From: a virus
Taxonomy: Duplodnaviria; Caudoviricetes
IMG/VR virus record: IMGVR_UViG_3300025383_000009
DNA: 64,000 nt
Reading direction: 5' to 3' (one strand)
Shown here one piece after another: positions 9,611 through 18,710 of the stretch (within the stretch, counting starts at the first letter, position 1; each line of letters starts with the position of its first letter). Made by a program: the position numbers and the translations under genes. The notes under the pieces are model-generated. The model saw only the letters and a program-made list of their open reading frames with translations. It ran no database searches and had not been told where the DNA came from.

Positions 9611-10221
9611 TACTTGCTCCCTTGTTGTACGTCATGCATTAGTTCTTTTGCATGTTTATCTGATACATGCTCTGGTACACCCTTACGAAACTCATGGAAG
9701 TTACCTGATTTTGCATGCTCTCTTTGTTTAGTGCCTGATACGCCTGATGTACCCTCAGAATCTGGATCTCTATGACCAGCAGAGTGTACTGTTATCTTCT
9801 TAAAGTTATAATGCCCGTGTCCGGCTTTCTTGTTATTATACCTATTTAACAGCGTCGTCATCTCCTTCTTACGATCTGATCCTACCACAACATGTAGGTG
9901 AGTTACACCTTTCTTATGTAGATCAGCTGCATGGTGTAATATGGTTGGATGCTCGGCAGATGATGCCTTAATGTTTGTCTTAGGTGAGAAGCGTTTAAGG
10001 TGTTTAAGCTTTTGCTCTGGTGATAGTGGGTTCTTTTTCTTATCATGGCTATGTGATGTCACCACTGTATGACCAGCTTCATGTTTATCAGCCACGTCAT
10101 GGACCTTCTTGATAAGTGAAAGATGACCAGTCGTAGGAGGGTTCATACGACCATAAGTCAATACATGATGCTTAGCACCAGTATCCTCTGTGATAAAATC
10201 TTTTAGACTTAGCAATTCCAT
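9610..10221 (-). CDS. Cytidylyltransferase-like (HIGH-family) nucleotidyltransferase
   Basis: TYGRMNPPTTGH, HSHDKKKNPL, VVGSDR and SGTKQR (KMSKS-like) motifs. Confidence 0.85.
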   Translation of the reverse strand: MELLSLKDFITEDTGAKHHVLTYGRMNPPTTGHLSLIKKVHDVADKHEAGHTVVTSHSHDKKKNPLSPEQKLKHLKRFSPKTNIKASSAEHPTILHHAADLHKKGVTHLHVVVGSDRKKEMTTLLNRYNNKKAGHGHYNFKKITVHSAGHRDPDSEGTSGVSGTKQREHAKSGNFHEFRKGVPEHVSDKHAKELMHDVQQGSK

Positions 10222-10484
10222 TTTCTTAAAGCTAATGCCTTCCTTGTTGGTTTGCCATGTTCATCCTTCATAGGACCTTTAACTCCACCCATACGAGCGC
10301 AGAAAGACTTACGTCGTCCTGCAGCCTTACCACCTTTTTTAAGTTTGGATGGTGGTGTTGTTACAGCCATTTTTAAATGATGACCAGGATTCTCTCTGTT
10401 ATACTTATCTACACCAGCACGGGTTAAACCACCGGTCTCTGACTTGTACTTGTCTTCTTTAAGGTACTCTTTAAACGTTAGCAT
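10209..10484 (-). CDS. Conserved basic T4-like phage protein (DUF6321-like)
   Basis: GGLTRAG...RRKSFCARMGG...ALRKWNC; N-terminus MLTFKEYLKE. Confidence 0.7.
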   Translation of the reverse strand: MLTFKEYLKEDKYKSETGGLTRAGVDKYNRENPGHHLKMAVTTPPSKLKKGGKAAGRRKSFCARMGGVKGPMKDEHGKPTRKALALRKWNC

Positions 10485-11661
10485 TTGGTTTACGGTTCCT
10501 CATTAAGTTTGCACGACTAAACTCAGCTCTATCTACAAGCTTTGTTGGTTCGTTCTTATGGTTAACTACATAGCCTTCTGGATGTGTCTCCTTACCTTCA
10601 ATGTGATGGCTTAGAGTTCCAGGATGTTGGTTCAATGTCTTTACCAATACGTTCTTTGCTTTTTGGATATGCTGATGCATCTTCAATAAGTTCTCGTATG
10701 AGCTTGCATGCTTATTGATATGGTTAATTTCTTGCTGTGCACCGCGTTGCTTCTCTTCTGCAGCCTTTGTAGTCTTAAGCCTTGATTGGACGATCTGTGA
10801 TTTGTCCATGACATGTTGCTGTAAGCCTCTTACTGTTGGCTTTGCGTTGTTTCGTACTGTTTGGTTGATGTATGTAGCTAGATGACCAGATGCACCTTGA
10901 TGTGGCTCAGTAGCAGCATACATAGTCTTCTTATGTTCGTCATGGATCTTTTGTGCAGCATCCATATGTTTATGAAACTCTTGTTGAGCTTTGTCTCCAT
11001 AGTTTATGATACGTGTATCATGCTCAGCAGTCTTATGCCATACATCTGGATGCTGTCTGAACTTATGCTCGATCTCAGGGCTTGCCTTCATATCACCTAT
11101 ATCTCGACCATGATACTGCTGATGGACGACTACGCCAACCTTTGCTTTCTTAACTTTATTAGCTTCTTGTCCATGAGCTGAGTAGGTAATGGTATTTGGA
11201 GTAAACGAAGTTGATCCGTTTGGATTATGAACCACATCATGATGACTAAACATCATGTCGCCTTGATAGACACCTTTCTTAGGAGTTACCTTTGGTAGAT
11301 GTGTTAATGCATCTTTAAGTTTTTGCACAAGACCTGGAGCATGACCATGATTTCTTTCAATGTCTTCAGGCGTATGGTTAATCTTAGGGTTCTTATTGAA
11401 TGCAGACTTGGTAGCTACAAAGAACTTACCCGTCTTTGGATGATGACCGAATACGATCGCTGGTGAGCCATCATACTTCATCGTTAGGCTTTTATCCTTC
11501 TTACCAGACTTGATATGCTCAGACGCTTGGTTCAATGCACCCTTTGCATGCTCAAAACCTTTGGCTCCATTGATAAGAGGTCTATCCTCAGGATGGGCTA
11601 TATGTGATACTTTGCCCTCTGTAGATATAGCTTCTGTTAAGTATTGTGAAAATGATATCAT
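10471..11661 (-). CDS. DUF6267-like protein with ATP-dependent ligase-type motifs
   Basis: KYDG (motif I), YQGDMMF (III-like), EGYVV (IV), TKLVD (V); N-terminus MISFSQYLTE. Confidence 0.7.
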   Translation of the reverse strand: MISFSQYLTEAISTEGKVSHIAHPEDRPLINGAKGFEHAKGALNQASEHIKSGKKDKSLTMKYDGSPAIVFGHHPKTGKFFVATKSAFNKNPKINHTPEDIERNHGHAPGLVQKLKDALTHLPKVTPKKGVYQGDMMFSHHDVVHNPNGSTSFTPNTITYSAHGQEANKVKKAKVGVVVHQQYHGRDIGDMKASPEIEHKFRQHPDVWHKTAEHDTRIINYGDKAQQEFHKHMDAAQKIHDEHKKTMYAATEPHQGASGHLATYINQTVRNNAKPTVRGLQQHVMDKSQIVQSRLKTTKAAEEKQRGAQQEINHINKHASSYENLLKMHQHIQKAKNVLVKTLNQHPGTLSHHIEGKETHPEGYVVNHKNEPTKLVDRAEFSRANLMRNRKPNANV

Positions 11662-11662
11662 A

Positions 11663-12754
11663 TTATCTTAATGTAAATGTTCCTGCAGTACCTTTATGCG
11701 GACCTGATGTTGATTTAAAAGTCTGTGTAGCTACAGCTTTAACTTTACCATGATCTTTATGACCAGGATTATGGTATGTACCATGGATCGTAGCGCTGAT
11801 GCCACCATGTTTAACATGTAAGTTCTTAAAGTGTTTAAGGTGTTCGTCAGCTATGTGCTCTGAATCATGGACATGTGATGTAGCGGATCCATCATCATGT
11901 ACATGGCTATGAGCTACAAGGTGCTTGAACTTAGTTGGAGGGGATACTTGATCTCTAATATGCTTCCTAAGTTCTGAATCAGACTTCTTAGATAATCCTT
12001 TTGCGTGCTCCTTAGCCATAGCCGTTCTTACAGCAATAGATGATTGTTCAGCTTCATGGGCGCGCTTAGCATCTTTAGACTTTGGTTTAAATTCACCCGT
12101 ACCTTTATGTGCTTTCTTTTCTGCTTCTAACTTAGCTTTATCCATCTTATAGTGTTCGTGTCTTTGCTGTGTAGTACCGTGATAGCCAATAATTTGCATA
12201 TTGTTTTCATGGGCTTTTTGGAGTTTAGTATAGATCCCATGTTTACCTGAATGCTTTTCAAGTGATGCTAGTCCAGCATTCTTAAAATTAGGTTGAGCGT
12301 TTGAACCATACTTTGCTGATATCGGATGGAAATGTTTCTTACCTTTCTTATCATGAGAAGTTACTATCACGTCTGCGTTTGAGTTAACATCCTTATGACC
12401 TGTGGTCTTTTCATGATCTCCAGCTTTTTTCTCTGTGTCTCTGTTGGAAGTCCAATGAACTGCATGGATAGTATGACCTTTTGGGATATGTTTCTTTATC
12501 TCACCTGCAGTTTGCTTAGCATGTTTGTCTATCTCTTTGTATGCTGCATCACCAATCTTTTTCTTTAGTTTAGTGTGTACTTGTTCAGGTGTTCCAGAGT
12601 GTTCAGGGTTATCTGACACAGCTCTATGGTGTTCAGGGAGTTTACCTTTTGGATGGAGATGCTTAGCTAATAATAATTCATGCATCTTACCTTTATCATC
12701 AGCGGCCACTGAAGAGGTTGCAGATTCTACTAAAAAGTCATTAAAGCTTAACAT
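11663..12754 (-). CDS. Putative PD-(D/E)XK restriction-like nuclease
   Basis: GKMHELL helix, NADVIV...ISAK; N-terminus MLSFNDFLVE. Confidence 0.5.
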   Translation of the reverse strand: MLSFNDFLVESATSSVAADDKGKMHELLLAKHLHPKGKLPEHHRAVSDNPEHSGTPEQVHTKLKKKIGDAAYKEIDKHAKQTAGEIKKHIPKGHTIHAVHWTSNRDTEKKAGDHEKTTGHKDVNSNADVIVTSHDKKGKKHFHPISAKYGSNAQPNFKNAGLASLEKHSGKHGIYTKLQKAHENNMQIIGYHGTTQQRHEHYKMDKAKLEAEKKAHKGTGEFKPKSKDAKRAHEAEQSSIAVRTAMAKEHAKGLSKKSDSELRKHIRDQVSPPTKFKHLVAHSHVHDDGSATSHVHDSEHIADEHLKHFKNLHVKHGGISATIHGTYHNPGHKDHGKVKAVATQTFKSTSGPHKGTAGTFTLR

Positions 12755-12763
12755 ACATCTTCC

Positions 12764-13363
12764 TTATTTTATCGTGGTAACAGAGCCATCTTCCTTGGCC
12801 ATGTATGCCTCAAAAGTTATAGATGGGAACTCTTTCTTTAGTTTTAAAAATTCTTTTAGGTTACTCATACTGTCATCAAATAGTCTTACCCTTGAGAACT
12901 GTCTTGTCTTAAGGTAGTTCCTAATGATAATAGCTTTCTTAAAAGCTGGGATCATTTGCCCTTCGATCCTACCGGCTCTCTCGATCCTAACCTTATTTAT
13001 TGGAAACCCATACTTACTAAAAGTAGCAAGTACTTTGTTCTTATCATCAAAGTTATTCCTAGCTGTGATGATGACTACTTTACTATTAGGTGTATTAGCT
13101 GCGTTCTTAGCGATGGCTCTAGCTTTGTTAAACATCTTAGAGATCGGTGTAGACTCTTTAAGAAACTTCTCGGAGCTAGCAAATTGGGTGAAGTCAAACT
13201 TCTCCCCTGGCTTCAACTTATAATCGTTGAACTGTTGGTTGGTGAGTGTCTTTACTACCTGCCCATTCTTGACCACTCCTACTTGTGCCGTAGTCTTGAA
13301 TAAGGTATCATCTATATCAAATATAGTAAGACCACCATTTAGGTTTTGTAATTCTTCAGCCAT
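12764..13363 (-). CDS. HAD-superfamily phosphatase
   Basis: IFDIDDTL (motif I), IITAR (II), LFDDSMSNL (IV). Confidence 0.85.
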   Translation of the reverse strand: MAEELQNLNGGLTIFDIDDTLFKTTAQVGVVKNGQVVKTLTNQQFNDYKLKPGEKFDFTQFASSEKFLKESTPISKMFNKARAIAKNAANTPNSKVVIITARNNFDDKNKVLATFSKYGFPINKVRIERAGRIEGQMIPAFKKAIIIRNYLKTRQFSRVRLFDDSMSNLKEFLKLKKEFPSITFEAYMAKEDGSVTTIK

Positions 13364-13391
13364 GATCCATCGATAAAAGTAAATTATTAAT

Positions 13392-13399
13392 TATTTATA
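13392..13399 (-). promoter_or_regulatory. Late promoter TATAAATA heading the cargo operon
   Basis: Exact motif just downstream of the gp41 terminator. Confidence 0.75.
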
Positions 13400-13401
13400 A
13401 T

Positions 13402-13425
13402 AAAAAAAGGCTACCGAAGTAGCCC
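13402..13425 (-). terminator. Intrinsic terminator after gp41
   Basis: GGCTAC-TTCG-GTAGCC followed by a T tract on the minus strand. Confidence 0.9.
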
Positions 13426-13429
13426 TTTG

Positions 13430-14824
13430 TTAGAACTTGAATCCCGAGAATTCCTCGGTGGCCACCCGTTTGCCAAAGTCGGACTTATCAAAGACTGGTC
13501 TATCATCTTGACCAGAGTCTGCTATGCCTTTCTGAGCTGTGACCTCTACATCATATAGCTTCATCTTAGACCTATCCACACCAATCACAAAACGTTTATA
13601 ATATGATGGATCATTATATCGATTCTTAAGCTGCTTGACCATGATCTGACCAAGGCCCTCAAGATCCTCTGTGGATATAAGAGCTAACATGAGATCAACA
13701 GTTGCTGGCAAACCAAAGGATTCGGATGTGTCCTCAAGACCTGGGTCGGAGTTCGTAAAACCGGACCGAGTAGTCTGTGTGGCACTCACGATAGGTACAT
13801 TATACTCAACTGCCAAACCCCTTAGTTCCTCAGCAATCGTCTTGACATAGGTATAACTGTTTACGTTAGCCCCATATCGAAGTCGTTGTGAACTACAAAT
13901 ATTTAGATAGTCAATGTAGATAATGTCAGGTTGAAACTCTTGTTTAAGTTTTAACTCTTCAAGTAATGCCCTAAAATGACCAGCATGGGCACCGGCAGTT
14001 GGGTATTCCTTGATGATCAACTTACCTTGAGACTTCTTCCTGACCTTATCTAAACGACTATCAAAGATGGGCTTATCGACCACCTTCAACTCATCCATAG
14101 AGAGGTTAAGTAAGTTTGCATCGACACGTTCTGCGATACGTTCCTCTGCCATCTCCATGGTAATATACAACACGTTCTTATTATCAAGTAGGTTTGCTGC
14201 CGCACAATGACACATGAATAATGACTTACCCACGCCTGTACCTGCTAACACTACGTTCAACGTCTTCTTACTTAGACCACCCTTAGTGATCTTATTAAGC
14301 ATATCCAAGTCAAACTTAATCTTTTCTTCTACATGATGATAAAACTCATACCTTTGATCAGAATCAGCAAGATAGGAATGCCCAACATGACTATCGAAAC
14401 TAACGCCAAGAGCATCTGAAAGGAGGCTAGGGATAGCATCCTCTGACCTATTTTTGTCTTTGCCATCGATGATACCGATCGCGTCGAGGATTGCATTATA
14501 GACTGCTTTCTTTTGGCAAAAGTTTTCTGTTTCATTTAATAACCACTCCTCATTAGTGTCTTGTTGTTTCAGTTCAGAGATCAATTGCTGTTGATCTTTT
14601 AAATCGCTGTCAGAGATGTCCTTACGGTTGTTTACTTCTATCGCAAGGATCTCTGGTGTTATTGGTTTGTTATACGTTTCAAAGAACTTAGATATCTCTT
14701 CGAATACGATTGCTTCTTTACGTTCAGAAAAGTACCTACGTTTTAAGAATGGTATGACCTTACGGCTATACTCTTCATTGAATATAAGGTTACTTAGTAT
14801 GGTTGTTTCAATCCTCATCGACAC
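13430..14824 (-). CDS. gp41: Replicative DNA helicase
   Basis: LAGTGVGKS Walker A, ITMEMAEE, IYIDYLNI, SATQTTRSG, QLKNRY. Confidence 0.97.
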   Translation of the reverse strand: MSMRIETTILSNLIFNEEYSRKVIPFLKRRYFSERKEAIVFEEISKFFETYNKPITPEILAIEVNNRKDISDSDLKDQQQLISELKQQDTNEEWLLNETENFCQKKAVYNAILDAIGIIDGKDKNRSEDAIPSLLSDALGVSFDSHVGHSYLADSDQRYEFYHHVEEKIKFDLDMLNKITKGGLSKKTLNVVLAGTGVGKSLFMCHCAAANLLDNKNVLYITMEMAEERIAERVDANLLNLSMDELKVVDKPIFDSRLDKVRKKSQGKLIIKEYPTAGAHAGHFRALLEELKLKQEFQPDIIYIDYLNICSSQRLRYGANVNSYTYVKTIAEELRGLAVEYNVPIVSATQTTRSGFTNSDPGLEDTSESFGLPATVDLMLALISTEDLEGLGQIMVKQLKNRYNDPSYYKRFVIGVDRSKMKLYDVEVTAQKGIADSGQDDRPVFDKSDFGKRVATEEFSGFKF

Positions 14825-15113
14825 CGCCTGTATAAATTAAATCATTCTTCTTTACACCATCATCAAGCATCTGCATCAATAGATCTCCCACAAACCGTTC
14901 AAACTGGTTTATTTCAGCTTGTGTTTGGAACTCTACTGGATTCTCTATTATATCATAGTGGTACTTTAAAGTACAGTTATCTTGCTCAGGGTTTTCCTTA
15001 AGCTCAACTTTACCCATTAGGAACTTGATACCTTGATATTGGCCCTCAGTGATCTCGATCCCATACTTGTCTACTGAGTATGGGAACTCTTCATATTGGA
15101 TCTTATGCAACAA
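14808..15113 (-). CDS. gp40-like head vertex assembly chaperone
   Basis: Sits between uvsX and gp41 as T4 gp40 does; similar size. Confidence 0.6.
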   Translation of the reverse strand: MLHKIQYEEFPYSVDKYGIEITEGQYQGIKFLMGKVELKENPEQDNCTLKYHYDIIENPVEFQTQAEINQFERFVGDLLMQMLDDGVKKNDLIYTGGVDED

Positions 15114-16185
15114 GGTCTTCGTCCTCTATTGCTGCTAGAGATTCATCGATGTCTATATCCTCATCTCGAATGATAGCACCATGAGCGACTTGATACTTGT
15201 CTTTGACTGCATCTTGGAAAGTTTTATCAGTCAAGATGGGCAACCAAAACTCTTTAGAGTCTGTATCCTTGATTCGATACTTATCACCGATCTCACCAGT
15301 ATCTTTGTTTAAGCGAGCAAACCAACCAACAGATGGCTTAACCACATGACCAGTTTCGAGAGCAATATCAAGAAGGCCAGACCACTTGCTAATACCGCCA
15401 TCAAAACTAACAGTAACAGGTATCTTACTTTTTTCTCTGACATATCTAGATTTCTCCACATTAATAATAAAGTTCCAACCAGTTAACTCTGTACCATCCT
15501 TATCTTGTTGACGACCAAGGATGTAGATGTTATCTGCTGAATAGTATGAGCCTGTACCACCACCAACTACTGGTTTAGAGTACATCTCCATAGTCATGTA
15601 AGTATGGTTAACAACAACCATCGGGATATCTTTAAGTGTAAGGTGCGGTGTAACCATACGGAATAATGACTTGATTTGTTTTGCTCTTGACATATCTGCA
15701 ACAGATTTACCGTCAAGCGTATCTTCAACTTCCTTCTTAGAAGCAAGGTTACCGATTGAGTCGATGATAATCATGATCTTGTCATCACGCTCGATGCCTT
15801 GGATCTGCTTCATGATATCAAACTTAAGCTGCTCTACGTCTGTAACTGGAGTATGTAGCACCCTTGTTTGGTCGATACCAAACGATTCAAAGTACGATTG
15901 AGGTGTACCAAACTCTGAATCATAGAATAATAATACTGAATCTTTGTATTTGTCCATGTAAGACTTAGCCATCAGCAATGAGAAAGCTGTCTTAAAGTGT
16001 TTGGATGGACCTGCCCACATCGTTAGACCGGGTGTTAAACCACCGTCAAGTCTACCACTCAATGCAATGTTGATTGCTGGAATGGATGTAGGTATCATGT
16101 CCTTCTTTGTAAAGAACTTAGACTTGGATAATACTTCCGAGTCCTTGATCGTTGAGTTACTTCTGATCTTATCTAATAATCCCAT
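15103..16185 (-). CDS. uvsX: RecA-like recombinase
   Basis: AGPSKHFKT, FYDSEFG, IIIDSIGNLAS, VVVNHTY. Confidence 0.97.
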   Translation of the reverse strand: MGLLDKIRSNSTIKDSEVLSKSKFFTKKDMIPTSIPAINIALSGRLDGGLTPGLTMWAGPSKHFKTAFSLLMAKSYMDKYKDSVLLFYDSEFGTPQSYFESFGIDQTRVLHTPVTDVEQLKFDIMKQIQGIERDDKIMIIIDSIGNLASKKEVEDTLDGKSVADMSRAKQIKSLFRMVTPHLTLKDIPMVVVNHTYMTMEMYSKPVVGGGTGSYYSADNIYILGRQQDKDGTELTGWNFIINVEKSRYVREKSKIPVTVSFDGGISKWSGLLDIALETGHVVKPSVGWFARLNKDTGEIGDKYRIKDTDSKEFWLPILTDKTFQDAVKDKYQVAHGAIIRDEDIDIDESLAAIEDEDLVA

Positions 16186-16194
16186 GATTTTTCC

Positions 16195-16383
16195 TTATTT
16201 TGTTTTTCTATCAATTTGATTCTGGATCTTACGTTTCTCTTTCTTTGCTGCAGTCTTTTCTAACAACGCTGTTAGTCTTGCTAGGTTATAACCTCTGATA
16301 CGAGGTTTACCGTTCTTATATGTATCAGGATTATTGTGTCTTTTTCCTGGATGAACTTTACCGCCTTTGCCTGGTTGCGCCAT
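16195..16383 (-). CDS. Small basic hypothetical protein
   Basis: Fills the gap between cd and uvsX with an upstream GAGGAG RBS. Confidence 0.65.
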   Translation of the reverse strand: MAQPGKGGKVHPGKRHNNPDTYKNGKPRIRGYNLARLTALLEKTAAKKEKRKIQNQIDRKTK

Positions 16384-16385
16384 GA

Positions 16386-16871
16386 TTACTCCTCATTGAT
16401 TACAAATACTGCAACACCAGCTTCAGCAAACATTGCTATGGACTTTTTCCATGAATCGTTCCAATGTGGCCTAGCTTCGATGCACTGTTTTGATACTACT
16501 ACTTTCTTAATCCCTACTTGGATGATACCCTTTGCACACTCTGAGCATGCTGGTAAACCATGAATGAATATGGTTGAACCGTCTAATGATACGCCTGAGT
16601 ATGTAGCATTATATATTGCATTCATCTCAGCATGTACAATTAATGATAGCTTTAGTTCTCTATCACTTAATCTTTTATTTGAATCAGCTATACCTCTTGG
16701 AAAACCATTATAGCCTTGAGATAAGATCTGACCCTTTGATCCAACTACCACTGCACCAACTTGTGTGTTAGGGTCTTTTGACCATGTAGCTACTTCTTTT
16801 GCAAGCTTGAGGTATCGCTTATACCATTTATTGATCGCCATCGATGAACTTAAAATGCCTTTCATAAACAT
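16386..16871 (-). CDS. cd: dCMP deaminase
   Basis: WSKDPNTQVGA, GYNGFPRG, HAEMNA, PACSEC zinc motif. Confidence 0.95.
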   Translation of the reverse strand: MFMKGILSSSMAINKWYKRYLKLAKEVATWSKDPNTQVGAVVVGSKGQILSQGYNGFPRGIADSNKRLSDRELKLSLIVHAEMNAIYNATYSGVSLDGSTIFIHGLPACSECAKGIIQVGIKKVVVSKQCIEARPHWNDSWKKSIAMFAEAGVAVFVINEE

Positions 16872-17511
16872 GAAGAGATGCTACGTTCCAATAGATATCA
16901 CCAATTTCAAGTGTTTCTAACCATTCGTTTCTTAAGTCTATTACTAGCTGTTCCAATACATGTTTTTGCCATGCATAATCGTTCTTATAACCAAACACGG
17001 CATCATTTGATCTCATATAGACCAATGCGTTTACTTTATTGTTCCTGATAAGATACTGCACTGCATTAGTACACATAAAGTCTGACATACCACCTTTGTT
17101 ATAATCATCATGCATAGTAGGACGATTATAGATCATTGTAGCTCTACGAGATAGTGGGTTCTTTATGAGTTCATTAAGTACGTTCTCATATTGATCTCCA
17201 TTCTGTTGCGAATAGATGCACCACCCATAGTTTGAGTTGATATATCCATTAGGGTTTGCAACCATTTTCCAGATTTCTGGTGGTCCACCTGGGATGTCAT
17301 TAACGTTAAGTGACATTGACTTATACCATTCTAATTCTCTTTCTACATAGTCATGATTGACTGTACCAAAGATTGATGGTTCATTAGCAAAGAATGCTGC
17401 GTTTATGATCTCAACTGTCTTGACACCAGTCTTATCAGTAACGAAGTCGCCCATCTTTAACTTCTCTTTAAAGATGTTTCTGATATTACTTACACCATAG
17501 ACTGTACTCAT
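16828..17511 (-). CDS. gp42: dCMP hydroxymethylase (T4 gp42-like)
   Basis: Long blocks match T4 gp42: DKTGVKT, RELEWYKS, INSNYGW, GMSDFMCTN.VQYLIR, MRSND.VFG.KNDYAWQK, SLHVY. Asp of NDY marks dCMP specificity. Confidence 0.93.
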   Translation of the reverse strand: MSTVYGVSNIRNIFKEKLKMGDFVTDKTGVKTVEIINAAFFANEPSIFGTVNHDYVERELEWYKSMSLNVNDIPGGPPEIWKMVANPNGYINSNYGWCIYSQQNGDQYENVLNELIKNPLSRRATMIYNRPTMHDDYNKGGMSDFMCTNAVQYLIRNNKVNALVYMRSNDAVFGYKNDYAWQKHVLEQLVIDLRNEWLETLEIGDIYWNVASLHVYERHFKFIDGDQ

Positions 17512-17849
17512 TTTGTCACCTTCTTATTAAAGATGTCTCGATCTTTGGTTTGACCAGGAACTTGATGTCTAAGGTATGCTACCACAAAGGATGCATAGTT
17601 GATCATGTCAAGAGCAGAGTCTTCAACTGATTCATAGTTAGGTTTACCACCGGCTTCTTGTGCTTCTAATACAGATACCATTCGAAGGTATTTTGCTTTG
17701 ATGATGTCAAGCAATGTCCATACACCATGCTCATAGTAGTCGGCTTGTTGCACACGACTTGAGGCATTGTTATAGTCATTGCCTTTCTTTTCTTGGATAT
17801 CAGCAGCTTCTAATAAGATGTTTGCTGACGGTCTTGAATACTGTTTCAT
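17508..17849 (-). CDS. Nucleotide-modification-associated domain protein (DUF1599/Nmad1-like)
   Basis: IQEKKGNDY...KAKYLR...SVEDSALDMINYASF; adjacent to gp42. Confidence 0.75.
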   Translation of the reverse strand: MKQYSRPSANILLEAADIQEKKGNDYNNASSRVQQADYYEHGVWTLLDIIKAKYLRMVSVLEAQEAGGKPNYESVEDSALDMINYASFVVAYLRHQVPGQTKDRDIFNKKVTK

Positions 17850-17874
17850 AATATAACTCCCATGTTATAGATAC

Positions 17875-17903
17875 ATAATACCACAATTAATATATAAAGT
17901 AAA
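17875..17903 (-). promoter_or_regulatory. Early sigma70-type promoter TTTACT-N17-TATTAT
   Basis: 17-bp spacer, upstream of the Nmad1-gp42-cd genes. Confidence 0.6.
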
Positions 17904-17904
17904 A

Positions 17905-18312
17905 TTATTTTTTAACCCAACCTCTACCATTCCAATCATAGATCCCATTCAATTCATAGTCATCTGATTCTTTGTCATTGATCCATATATAGACACGAGT
18001 AGGATGCGTCCTCCATGACTCTTGTATACGTTCTGCACACCTATCTAATATGTATGGTACATTGCCTATATGTTGTGTAACTTTAACCTCAATAGGCGTA
18101 TCATCGGGTTCAAATAGATCTTTATATGGTCTAGTATCATCGATGTATCCTATCGATAGTAGGTATACCTCTGCTGCTTGACCGTATAAGCATGCTTCAA
18201 GGATCTGTTGGTAGTTTCTACCAGTCTTGTCTTTAACAACTATCTTACTAGCCTCTGCCTCAGCTCGAGCTAATAATAATTGCTGGTCTAGTTTTGATCT
18301 ATTAAATTTCAA
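17905..18312 (-). CDS. Hypothetical protein, possible PD-(D/E)XK nuclease
   Basis: GQAAE...KDLFEPDDTPIEVK pattern. Confidence 0.5.
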   Translation of the reverse strand: MKFNRSKLDQQLLLARAEAEASKIVVKDKTGRNYQQILEACLYGQAAEVYLLSIGYIDDTRPYKDLFEPDDTPIEVKVTQHIGNVPYILDRCAERIQESWRTHPTRVYIWINDKESDDYELNGIYDWNGRGWVKK

Positions 18313-18710
18313 TCGTAGATCTTTTCAAATAATCCGATGTTACCAACATGAGTAGGTGCAACCCAGCCTTCAGGCTTAATAAGATCCGGTAAACCTAGTG
18401 GGTTTGGTCTTGATGCTTTAATACCGACCTCCTTAGTAATATTTGCTGTATACACTTTATCCCATGCCATATTAGCATGTACATCAAATAAATCCAATGT
18501 GCCTATAGCAAACACAGATAAGTCGATCAATGCATCCACCGCATCATCACCGTTCTTTGCTGCTTTAAGTTCATCAAGTTCTTCTTGTAAACACTTGATG
18601 CGGAACTCAAGGAACTCTGCTAACTTATTAGCATCCATCTTTTGCACTACTTCTTTTACACCAAACTTATGGTGCATCTCACTCATATCTTTTGCCCAGT
18701 TGTAACTCAT
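18309..18710 (-). CDS. MazG-like/all-alpha NTP pyrophosphohydrolase (candidate dCTPase/dUTPase)
   Basis: LQEELDEL...DAVDALIDL acidic motif; DLIKPEGW. Confidence 0.85.
   Translation of the reverse strand: MSYNWAKDMSEMHHKFGVKEVVQKMDANKLAEFLEFRIKCLQEELDELKAAKNGDDAVDALIDLSVFAIGTLDLFDVHANMAWDKVYTANITKEVGIKASRPNPLGLPDLIKPEGWVAPTHVGNIGLFEKIYD

Noticed and set aside
12764-13363. Full polynucleotide kinase (PseT)
   Set aside because: Only the HAD domain is present, with no P-loop kinase half.
16828-17511. Thymidylate synthase or dUMP hydroxymethylase call
   Set aside because: Sequence blocks follow T4 gp42, and the specificity residue is Asp rather than Asn.
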